Below are positions 26,705 to 37,590 of a DNA stretch of 64,000 bases, in pieces (the stretch's first letter is position 1; each line of letters opens with the position of its first letter). Both the position numbers and the translations under genes were made by a program. The notes beneath the pieces are model-generated. The model saw nothing but the letters and a program-made list of their open reading frames with translations. It was not told the DNA's origin and did no database searches. The stretch spans positions 29,512,001 to 29,576,000 of the forward strand of contig NC_045732.1 in NCBI RefSeq assembly GCF_009834535.1. Reading direction: 5' to 3'. Origin of the DNA: Camelus ferus (lineage: Eukaryota).

Positions 26705-27071
26705 GTCATATTAAGCACTGATTTTTCAAGAGCACTTACAAATCAATGAATTTCAGTTTTATTTTTTCCCCATTGTAGAAGTAAAGATACTACGTGTCTA
26801 AATTTGGGACAATTTCAAACAATTATAAAGAAGAAAAATAATCTCCATTCTGTAATCTTACAAACTAGAGGTAGTAATGCCTCCCAGTGTTGAGTGTGTT
26901 CCCTTGTAACTATGATGAAGTCCTCTTGTCTTCGTGTACCTCCCTCCACTACCACTCGTCCTCTAGACACAGAAGAAAACACAAACAATTTTTATAAAAA
27001 GATGTGAATGACAAAAAGCAACTGATCAGAAAGCAGGAAGCCGGACTTCCACTCCCTGTACTTCCTGCGTC

Positions 27072-27190
27072 ACTTAGGTGACCCTGGGCATTTCACTTTC
27101 TCTCTCTGCTCTTTTCCCCTCCACTGAACTCGTGTAAAACGGGATTGCAAGACCCTCACTGTGCTCTCCTTACAACAATGCTGAGACGCA
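27072..27190 (+). mobile_element. MIR core fragment
   Basis: acttaggtgaccctgggcatttcactttctctctctgctc...tgtaaaacgggattgcaagaccc. Confidence 0.55.
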
Positions 27191-27763
27191 TTCACTAACT
27201 TTTCAAGAGAATGTGGATCCACAGAAGGGGACAGAGTACAAAAGAGGCGCGGATAGGGCAGCGAGAGGCTTAGTTTACTGCGGTAACGCAGTCTGAGAGG
27301 GAGCCAAAGGCAGGAAGTTGCTATCATTTCTCCTGAGCTGTGAGAGCTGTGGAGAGGTCTCCGTTCAACTCTTCATTATAATGTGTTATGGTATTTAAAG
27401 AATGTCCTCAAAGAAGGAATTCCATAATAAACATACATTAGTTTTATCACTTTTTGAATAACCCTGTGATAAACCAAGAGAGAATCCTATGAAATTAGCA
27501 TAGCTATGCTCCTCATTTAAATTCACTCTAATATGTGTCTCTCCTGTGGTTAGAAACCATCACCATTCTAATCGAATCCGAACCCTCAAGTATCATCTCC
27601 ATACCAAGCAAATAAATGATTCATTTACTCAAAATAAAATAAATCATTCTGAAATTGGGTGATTTACATAAACATATGAGATATTAGCTACTTGCTCTAG
27701 GAAAACGAGGGAAATGTCATTTTAACTCATTTCTGGCTTCTTTGGTTCCTGATCTTTTCTTAC

Positions 27764-27936
27764 CTAATGTTGAGAGACTTTTTCCGCAGCTCACTCCACT
27801 TGAAGTTCATGTTATCCAAACGTCTTTGTAACAGGACCGCATCATCAGAACCCTCCAGGGATCTCAGGATTTTTTGCCCATTTTCATCCAGGTTGTGATA
27901 GATATCTGTGTGAGCTTCGATTTCTCCTTGGAGGTC
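27764..27936 (-). CDS. DMD: Dystrophin exon 56
   Basis: 173 bp; acceptor gccctgtag|GACCTC, donor ATTAG|gtaaga; encodes DLQGEIEAHTDIYHNLDENGQKILRSLEGSDDAVLLQRRLDNMNFKWSELRKKSLNI(R); phase joins exon 57 correctly. Confidence 0.98.
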
Positions 27937-28648
27937 CTACAGGGCATCAGGGAGAAAAACACATGCAGAATTACAAAACAAAAGAGACCAGTTGTGACTG
28001 TGAATTTGGAGAACTGCAAAAAATAAACTATTTGTTCAAAAGGCATTTCGGTCGGGTCAACTAACAGGAAGATACACCTCTAACTTTTCTTGGTGTACTG
28101 TCTCTTCATGTTATCATATAGATTGAAAATGGGTATCTTCCTAGGTATAATAAATTTATTCCTTTACAAATTTCATAACTTATGTCTTCTAGTCCATGGA
28201 TAAAATACATTGTTTTATGGAAGTGATACGAAATAAAACTCCATGACAAAATACACCCCAGTGCTAATCATTTCATTACACTATGGGTCAAGCCATATTT
28301 TCCAAGCACATAGTCATCTGTAGAATTGACTCTGACCACAAAAACACGGAGAGACTAATAAACAAGGTTGTAGTTGGTTCACAGCATCAGCACATTAATG
28401 GGATTCTATCATAGGAGAATCTTCTTGACAATACATATTAAATTCACTTTGGTATTCCAGCATCAGAGATTTATTACAGCATTATACATTTATTAGTAAG
28501 ATTTCCCATGTAAAATATCATCTTATATTTAGGCTCGACAGGTAGAAAGTCCATAGGACCCTGATACGAGTTATGATAAGAAGTGATGCATTCAACCTTA
28601 TTTGCATATACACAGATCAAGAAAATTATCACAGTAGAAGAATCTGAC

Positions 28649-28678
28649 CTTTACATGGTATGTCTTCCTATGTAACAT
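28649..28678 (-). CDS. DMD: Dp116 (Schwann-cell dystrophin isoform) first exon, coding part MLHRKTYHVK
   Basis: ATG TTA CAT AGG AAG ACA TAC CAT GTA AAG|gtcaga; phase 0 donor matches the phase 0 start of exon 56 across a 712-bp intron; peptide matches the known Dp116 N-terminus. An in-frame upstream ATG is at 28720. Confidence 0.93.
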
Positions 28679-28995
28679 TTTCAGCTTGAACCGGGGACTA
28701 CAGCACTGATCCTGTTGCATACCAATCCTGAGAAAACTCAGCGACTGAAAGCGCCCTGCTTTAAAATGCCAACTTTGCTTACATTCTGTTGACAGAATGA
28801 ATTTCAGAGCACAGGCCTCACCAGTCAATAATAATAAACAGCCACTTTGTACTCCTCACTCAACGGTAGCCAGGCCTGTGGATGTGGGAGGGACCCCAAA
28901 GAGAGGAGGCCTGGAATATGCAACTGACAGTTTCTATCAAACAGCCAACTTTTCTTATCATTTTGCCATTATAAGCCAGAGACATTATAAATTCA

Positions 28996-29115
28996 TTTTA
29001 TATATGTGTTTCCCTCCTTGTTCCCAGCAGAACGGTCAAAGCCAAAGGAACATTCCTTAGAGAGCTGCCGGGTACCAGCATTCCTTTCTGCCTACACAAT
29101 GAATGGAGGCTTTGT
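28996..29115 (-). promoter_or_regulatory. DMD: Putative Dp116 proximal promoter (TATA-like box, two M-CAT/TEAD motifs, inverted SOX pair)
   Basis: TATATAAAA on minus strand at 29004-28996; CATTCC at 29051-29056 and 29079-29084; ACAAT-N10-TTTGT at 29096-29115; position just upstream of the Dp116 first exon. Confidence 0.6.
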
Positions 29116-30534
29116 ACATTATCTGACTTGCTTTTAGAGATTTGTATGCCTCTGTTCAACAAGTTTAAAAATTCATTCTGAAGCTCCGCACAATTGGATT
29201 GATCTGTATAACTAGAAAAGTTTTTTTGCTCCCCTCTCTCTCTTTCTAAAATTGAATTAAATTACTCTTCTAAAGGAAGGAAGGAAAAGTGGCAGCGATA
29301 ACATGTGAGAAAGTCTGAAAAACCTGCCCATGTTTTCAGTCATAGCCTCTTCGATGCAGAATTTTGAATGTTGCAGAAGTGAGGTAGATGGACGATGAAT
29401 GTCTCCTGTCACTATTTTTGGCAGCCAAAGTATCACTGATGGACTCTAAAGAGAATTCTGTCTCATTCTCTTTGACTGGAAGACAGCAGGGGGAGTATGG
29501 ACAGAATCACATCTGAAGTTGAAAGAACAGAAATACGAAAACAGATTGAGGAGGATCTATCTCTAGTCCATCAAAAACAGGCTTGTTCTGGAAGGAAACA
29601 GCCTGCTTTCGAAAGCAGCTTATGTGGTAGAAAACTAGCATTGGGTAGCTTCTTCCTGAATGGAGTTTGGACATGGAAAAGACACACCCTGTTGAATCTG
29701 CCACTTCTTCAGCGAAAGAGAAAAATGAGGTTATTATATCTAAACAATTCAAGACTAAAAACCAAACAGATCCAAGTTAACGAGATAATTTCCCCAGTTT
29801 TCTTTTACTTTACTTTTCTTCTTGTGTATTTGATTTGTACGCTCCTTCAAACTTTGCCTCAGAGTATACACTTAAGGGATTAAAACCAAACCTTTTGTTG
29901 TTCAACAAAATAAGATATTTTGACTAATACAATCCACCGTCTCCATTAGCATGCATATGAATTACAGTACATTTGAATTTTTATATCTTACATTTCTAAG
30001 CAGAGACCCAGGCTCAATCAATAGTTCCTTAAGGTTATGCATACCGCGGAGTCATCAATACTTTGTTGAGTAAGTGAGAGGTCTTCCCAAGCAGAAACAG
30101 GATGTTGATTCATGAAGTTGCTAATTTGCATCTTGGACATTTAGATTACATCGCATATAAATATCTTTGTTGTATCATCAAGAAAGAAATGAATATAAAA
30201 TTGATAAACCAGTATTTGTTGAGGACCGGCTATTTGTCTAGTCTTAGTACTGTGGGAAACAGAAAAGGAGTGCAAGAGACAGTGATGTCTTTGCTTTTCC
30301 TAAAATGTAGTATGCACTTTTTAGTTAACTCATTCCTGTTACCAACTACATATTGAGAATTCCTTGCCAAATTTTACAGATACTGGGATGAAAACTGCTC
30401 CCCTTGGAAATTCAGAAGTGGCCGAAGTAAAGTCTTAGCACTGGCAGGAAGGTAAGTCAACTCAGTATTATTTCTCCAGTTCATGATGGTGGTTTACAAC
30501 AACAAAGGACACACATATAGTAAAGGTCCTCACA

Positions 30535-30660
30535 GTTTACAAAGCATTTAGAAATGTATTGCTTTAGTTATTCCTGCTTCTATTTTCTCTGTTTTACAGA
30601 TGAGAGCACTGAGGCTCAGAGATGTTTAACAGACTTGCCAAAAGTGTTAAATGTGGGCAA
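30535..30660 (-). mobile_element. MIR fragment
   Basis: tgttttacagatgagagcactgaggctcagagatgtttaacagacttgccaaaag. Confidence 0.75.
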
Positions 30661-31644
30661 AGGGTCTAGTTCTTTTGACTCTGGGAGATCTTAGGCTGGC
30701 TCCACACACCATTTATTATAAGCAGTGGCTGTAACAGACAGTAGTTACTGAAGCTGAACAAGGCTACTACTAACAAGGGGAAAAACAAGTACTGAGGGAA
30801 AAGCACACAGAAAGACGCCATTACTGGTTTTGATAAAAAATTACCCACATGGATTGATTCGGTCGGAATGAAAAATGGAATCCTGACTATCCTTTTCACT
30901 TTTCCCTTTGCAGCTGGGCATCTAGGACCACCTGTGAGCAAGAACTGTTTGCACTGAAAAGGTCACCTTACTACAAAATATCCCTTCTGCCAGAACAGAA
31001 ATTCTTCCTTCAGTAATTCATTCCTTAGTCTAAACGTGCCATGTGAACATTACATTAGGTAATCACCTGACATAGCATAAAGGTAGCTTGGCCATGTCCC
31101 TTTGGGATGACGGGCTGGTAGGGAGTCTGTCAAGCTACAGGACTCAGGTGGGTTGCTCTAAAATGGAGTTGAGTATCAGTGAGGAACCTAAGGTTTTCTT
31201 TAGGACGCTGGCAAGCTGTAGTGGAGATTTCTCAGTACAAGTAGGCAGCATGAGTCTTAGGTGGCGAAGACACAACGACAGGGCAAGTGGGAAGGAATAC
31301 ACTCACACTCATGTTTGCATAAAATTACCACCATGGCACTTATCTTAAGATTAACCTTAGACTCAGGGGCTCCAAAAAGCAGGAGGCTGGAATGGAGAAA
31401 ATGGAGAATCAAGTGGAGTTCTCAGAGGAGAGCCTATCTGGACAAAAAGTAATTTTCAAAGATATTTTTAAGCAGCTTTATTTTACTTCTGACTTGACTA
31501 GAAAAGATTCCCTCAAGCCTTAGTTGCTACATTCAGTGTAATTTTTCCTCTTCTTTTTTGTGATTGTATTATTCAGGAAAAACAATAACTAATGAAGAGG
31601 GGAAAAAAGTATTTGTTATACAACAACAGAAGCACGAGCCGTAG

Positions 31645-31892
31645 CCGCAACATATATAAGACTGACTACACCAGACACTGTCCAAAGCACTGCATATACA
31701 TGAGCTCATTTAATCCTCGCAGTAACTCTCTAGGGTAGGCATTATTATTATCTTCACTTTACACATAAGAGAATGAAATTAGAGAGAGGTTCAGGAAAAA
31801 ATGAACAAGGTCACACAGCTAATAAACCATGCAGCCAGATTTCAAACCCAGGCTGTGGGACTCCAGGGACACGCTCTTACCCACTAGGCTTT
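31645..31892 (-). mobile_element. Near full-length MIR
   Basis: ctcatttaatcctcgcagtaactctctagggtaggcattattattatc...aaggtcacacagctaata...gatttcaaacccaggc. Confidence 0.85.
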
Positions 31893-33761
31893 ATTACCTC
31901 TGAGTTTTTTCCTATTAATTAAAAAATGTTTCCTATTAATAATACTCCTGCCTAAATGTCAGCAAATCTAGCACTGCCATTAGACAAGGCCGACTAACAT
32001 TGCTTTCAGTCCTCAAAGAGTCATTTTATGGTTTTATTAATATGAAACTGTTATGTATATCTGAAGCAGTGAAAGGAGATATATCAATACAAGACAGAAC
32101 ATAAAATAATTGGGAAAATGGGTGCAGATGCAAAAATAACATGTGGCCCCCTTCTCCCAGAAAGATACACAGTGCCTAAAGTTATATACAATTATGGACC
32201 AAATTTCAACTGTGAATATCAAAAAGTTCAGATACGAGGCAAGCATGATGCTTACAGTAGAGCAGTTTTAGGAGTCGGGCATACCCTGCATCCTGGAAAG
32301 CTTTTTCAAGTTTCAAAGTTCCTTCTTTTCTCAGAGTCTAGCCTACTTCTGTCATAAGGACCCTTGCTCAGCCTCCGGGGAAAACTAATAGGAAAGTACA
32401 GTCAAACAGACATAGTAGGAGTCTCTTCCTTCTCTTTCCCTCATTAGCTGCGTAAGTTTCAAAACTCTTCAATCTCTTTGGCGTCACTAAATATTAAATA
32501 ATAATACCTACCTGCTGGGTTGTTTTGACTATTATATGGAATAATTTTTGTAAAATACTTTGAACGTCGTACAGAACACAACAAGTCTTTAATCATTAAT
32601 AGCTAACATAAGGATTTCTGTTATAAGAGAGTCAATGTGGAAACCAAGTGATAGAAATAGACTTTACGAAGTCATGGAATTTAGTTTAAGCCTTGAAGGA
32701 TGGATAGGCTTCAGAGAGGTGGAGGGAAGAAGGTATTCCAAGTAAGAAGAGTAACATGGAAGTGGCAGAAATGTGGCGAAGAGTTTGGATTATGAGCAGG
32801 GAGAATGAATTGTACAACCAGATCAGAATGGATGATGCGTGTTGGGAAGAAACAGGTAGAAGGCAGTCAAAGTTCTCAAACTAAGTAGGATAAAAACCTT
32901 CTTTCAGGAAGTCACTGAGAATAAAATTTTATAAAGAAAAGGACAAAGACAAGTAGAATGACCCATGGTGATTGTAAGCAATAAGACAACCAGGAAAGAA
33001 TATGAAAAGTTACAAAAGTTTTACTAGAAGAAAAATAAAGGAAGATGCCAAGAATCAGTTACTGCTACACTCTTTTTTTTTTATTATCCAAACAAAAAGT
33101 CATCATACTATTCACAAAATATCACAGATAACAGATTCCACATATTTTCTTTCCTATGTAAATGGAATTATTGATCTCTGCAAAATCACTCAGCCAATGA
33201 TAACCTCCTTATCTTGAATATAACCAAGAAGTGACCAGTAAAACAAGACAAACAAAAAGATGTCAGAAGAATAAGTGGCCAAATGTCCCTACAAAATTCA
33301 TCATAGACACATCATCTCTAACCTTTTCTGAAACCAATTAGCATGTGAATAATGATAAGGTCATTAGTTCCTCTTCACTGGTAATTTTTACCTAATTCAT
33401 ATAAACTTGATGGGGAAAAAAAGTGATGACCTGATTTCTAATAACTTAAAAGGTCAAAAACAGAAGATTCAAAATAGGAGAGAAGTTATCCTTCAGGGCT
33501 AAACTGGGAGTAGAAAGAAGTGACACCTGATGGAGAACCAGAAAGGTATAAAAGTTGCTGCGGGCACTCAGAGTTGACCAAGGTCACACAGTGTGGAAAC
33601 TAATAGCCTTACATGTATTATTAGCCCCTGAAGGCATCATCTAACTTTAAAGGGAAGCAAAATAATTAATGTTAATGATAATGACCCTGAATTAGCCAGA
33701 AAAAAGCAGATTTGTGTTCAGTAAACTCTATTTAAGAAGAAAGCAGTGTATGTAAAACTCT

Positions 33762-34296
33762 ATTTTTTATTTTTTTAACTTTTTTTATTGATTTATAATC
33801 ATTTTACAATGTTGTGTCAAATTCCAATGTAGAGCACAATTTTTCAGTTATACATGAACATATATATACTCATTGTCACATTTTTTTCTCTGTGAGCTAT
33901 CATAAGATCTTGTATATATTTCCCTGTGCTATACAGTATAATCTTGTTTGTCTATTCTACAATTTTGAAATCCCAGTCTATCTCTTCCCACCCCTCGCCC
34001 CCTTGGCAACCACAAGTTTGTATTCTATGTCTGTGAATCTATTTCTGTTTTGTATTTATGCTTTGTTTCTTTTTTTTTCTTAGATTCCACATATGAGCGA
34101 TCTCATATGGTATTTTTCTTTCTCTTTCTGGCTTACTTCATTTAGAATGACATTCTCCAGGAGCATCCATGTTGCTGCAAATAATAGCCAAGACATGGAA
34201 ACAGCCTCAATGTCCATCAGCAGATGACTGGATAAAGAAGATGTGGTATATTTATACAATGGAATACTACTCAGCCATAAAAACCAACAACACAAC
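33762..34296 (-). mobile_element. Young 5'-inverted truncated L1 with 10-bp TSD
   Basis: Minus-strand 3' UTR plus ORF2 C-terminus (FAATWMLLENVILNEVSQKEKEKYHMRSLICGI) to 34182, then plus-strand ORF2 piece IAKTWKQPQCPSADDWIKKMWYIYTMEYYSAIKTN; TSD gtaaaactct at 33752-33761 and 34297-34306. Confidence 0.92.
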
Positions 34297-34476
34297 GTAA
34301 AACTCTTTAAATAAATTTATCCAACATAGTTACTCTTAAAAGGTGTTGATGCTTTAAAGAAGTTAAATAAAACAAAAACAAACATGCAAAAGTAAAACTC
34401 CCTTAGCTTGGTCATCCAAAATGACTTGTTAAACACGGGCTCTAAATACTCAAAATTTTGGAATACACGCAAGCAT

Positions 34477-34477
<1 letters not shown>

Positions 34478-34507
<30 letters not shown>
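34478..34507. repeat. (CA)15 microsatellite
   Basis: Uninterrupted CA array seen directly. Confidence 0.95.
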
Positions 34508-34508
<1 letters not shown>

Positions 34509-35504
34509 TCCATTATGAGAACAGAAACTGAGAGTAAATCTTTAGAAACATTTATAGCTATCTAAAAATAAAAAGCATGGGCTTGCATTTTGTATCTGGT
34601 TTTTGTAATTTTTAAAAGTAATTTATTTTTATTGCATGTTACAAAAGTATCAGTCTGCTAAGGATTGGAAATTAAAATTAGAGAAACAAAACAGCATTAT
34701 CCTTCTTAATGGATTTTTTGAGAAGCACCCACATAAAGGAGTAGGACCTATAAACTTGACCTTACAAGGACTCGACTCTAACCGCTAGAGGTTCCTAACT
34801 TGCATAGGAAAAGCAGTTGGGTACAGATTCACAGTGGGTGTCACTCTATTTTTTCTTTGTCTATTCTATATGTGGCCATTGCAATACTTTTAAAGCAGCA
34901 GAGTTATCATCCCAAGAGAAGCAAGAGTTAATTTGAGGACTGCCGTTTGGCTTGGAGCCTGGTTGCTCTAGGTAGATAAGAAGTGTGTTTTCAGGTCCAC
35001 TGCACTGCAATGCATCTTAAACGAGCGGCTATGGATTTAGGAGTCCACAGGCTTTGCTTTAAAAATGGTTGTTATTAAGGTCCTCAGAGACTATTATCCT
35101 GCAGGGTTTGTTGTCTTTGCTTTCATATCTTGTTCAAAAATTCTCACACTTAAGCACTAGAACAGTGGAGAGAAGGGATATGTTCTCCTGCCTCAGTACA
35201 TTCCCAGGTGCAAAGCTTTATTTCAAAATCTAATCTTTCAAAATGCTTGGCCTAGGGTGGATTACCCCGTAGGAAACAGAGCAAAATCCCATTTGTCAGA
35301 CTGCCTTAAGCAATCCCAAACTCTGGTAACCCTTGATGCTTTCTCTCCTTGTCTGACCCTCTGGTTTACTCTATTCTTAAAATTACTTTTTTAGAATTGA
35401 AGAGTCCATTTCAGATATAAGTAAGGTGGGCCTTATCTTTTCCCTTCTGCATCTTGGTTTTCCCAGGTTCTTTTTATTTTGTCATAGGGCAAAAGTAGTC
35501 TGCA

Positions 35505-37150
35505 TATTTATTCATTACACAAACATGTATTAAGTGCTTATTGTTCAGTTCAAGATTTCATTAGGAGCCATGGGAATACATATGATGTAAGAAAGGTATA
35601 GTACCAGGCCTTAAATTAAGTCGTTCCTTCATCCTTTCCACCCTCCCTCCATCCCTCCATCCCTTTCTTCTTTCCTCTCTTCTTTTATTACCTTCCTTCC
35701 TCCCACAAGTATTTAATATATTAGCACCCAGCTCTGCAGTGGTGAAAAAACCCCAAACCTCTGCCTTTTTGATGTTCACAGCATAAAGGATAAAGAGAGA
35801 AATAGGATAAACAGGGGAGAAATATGGTCAACAGATAAACAAATGTTTAATAAAATTAAAATATGCTCTGAAGGTAACAAATGGGCAGTTACAGTGAGAA
35901 TAAAGGTGTACACATGGTGGTGACAGGTGCTCTTTGGTTACGGTGGTCAAGGAACACCTATGTGAGAAGGTTCGGTGTCAGCTGAGACTTGAAAGATGAG
36001 AAGACACCAGTTATAGGAAAACCCAATAGCACAGAATTCCTCCCAAGTAAAAGGCAGGCAGAGGCTTTTGCATCAGCTCTGTGGTAGGAAAGATCTTGGC
36101 TAGAACTTACTAAGAAAGAAATGTGGCTAGACATGAGGTAAGAGAGGCTTCAGATAATGTGGGGCCTCAAGTCCCATAGTATGGGGTCTGAATTTTATTT
36201 CAAGTGTGACGGAACACAATAGAAGCTTTTAAAGCAGGGTAGCAACATGATATGATTTAGGTTTTAAATAAATCACTACATTGCTATGTGGAGATTAAAG
36301 AAGGCAGGAGAGGAAACAGAAAGACCAGTTAGAGGCCAGTCTCTAATCCAGGCAAGAGATAATGGTGGCCTGGACTAGGGAGACTGCAGAAGGAGAGAAG
36401 AGGACTGCTGTGAGATATAATTTGGATGCTGGATTTCTTACAAATACTACTGGATTGAGTGATGAGAGTAAAGGAAAGGGTTATCTCAAGGATAACTCCC
36501 AAATTTTAACTTGAACAACAGATGGATGGTAGTGTTATTTACTGAGGTGATGAAAACTGGGGGGCAAGTCCATTTTGTGTTCTATTTTCATGTTATGTTT
36601 CAAAATGACTGTGAGACATTCAAGTGAAGATTTGAAAAACATGTGTGAAACTCAGTGTGGGGTTCTGGGCTGACTATGAATTTGGGATTATTCAGCTTAC
36701 TTATACTAAGACCATGGGAATGGGTAAGCATCCTTATTGAGAAAGAAAACAGAGAGAAGAAAAAGGGCCCTTGGATAACATCCAGAGGACCGCCAACATT
36801 CAGAGGTTACATGGGGGTAGACCACCTAGCAAAGGAGACCCAAAGGGAAGATATAAAGAGGTAGAAGAAAAACTAAGAAATCACGGTGTCATGGTAACCA
36901 AGAGAGGACAGAAGGCTTCAAAAAGGAGGGAGTGGGCAACTGTGTCAAACGTTGCTAAGAGGTTGGTTACATTAGAACAGAACACTGTCTATTGGATTTG
37001 GCAACAACGAAGTCATTGGTGACCTTGATAAGAATAGTTTCAGAGGCGAGATGGAAACAGATGTAAGAGTAAGAAGTCTTAAGAAGGTTAACTGAACATA
37101 CAGCACTGTTGAAAAGCTGGGCTATGAAGTTGAGATAGAAATAAAATAGC
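35505..37150 (-). mobile_element. Long L2 fragment (with CCTT/CCAT low-complexity patch ~35625-35700)
   Basis: 3' end tttattcattacacaaacatgtattaagtgcttattg; body includes gcaacaacgaagtcattggtgaccttgataagaatagtttcagagg. Confidence 0.85.
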
Positions 37151-37357
37151 ACCTGAAGGGGGATGAGGGACCAAAGGAGGGTTTGGGGAATAATTTTATA
37201 ATGTTTGTTTTATGTTTAGAGCTCATACTCTAGGTGGGGAGTCTGATTTGAAGCAGTTGAGGAAGAGTTACAAAGGCCCACATAACTAAAGAGTATATAT
37301 CAGAATGTCTTAAAAGTCTGGAGTGGATGGGGGTAATTAACACAGAGTGGGATTAAG

Positions 37358-37590
37358 CACTGTGCAGCGGGAAGGGCACGGCCTTTGGTGTCATAAGATC
37401 TATATAGATTCTAAATTCCCTCACTCACTAGCTTTGTGATTTGGGGCAAGTTATAAAATGCTTTAAAGCCTGTTATTTTCATCCATAAATAGGGCTCATA
37501 ATATCTACCTTATAAGGTTTTGGCAAAGATTAGATGAGGTGATGTGGGTAGAGCATGTAAATACTAACTCAGTGCCTGATCTATTGAGGG
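37358..37590 (+). mobile_element. MIR
   Basis: cactcactagctttgtgatttggggcaagttataaaatg...ttttcatccataaatagggctcataatatctacc. Confidence 0.8.

Noticed and set aside
29603-29618. Perfect 16-bp palindrome CTGCTTTCGAAAGCAG
   Set aside because: Roughly one or two such palindromes are expected by chance in 64 kb.
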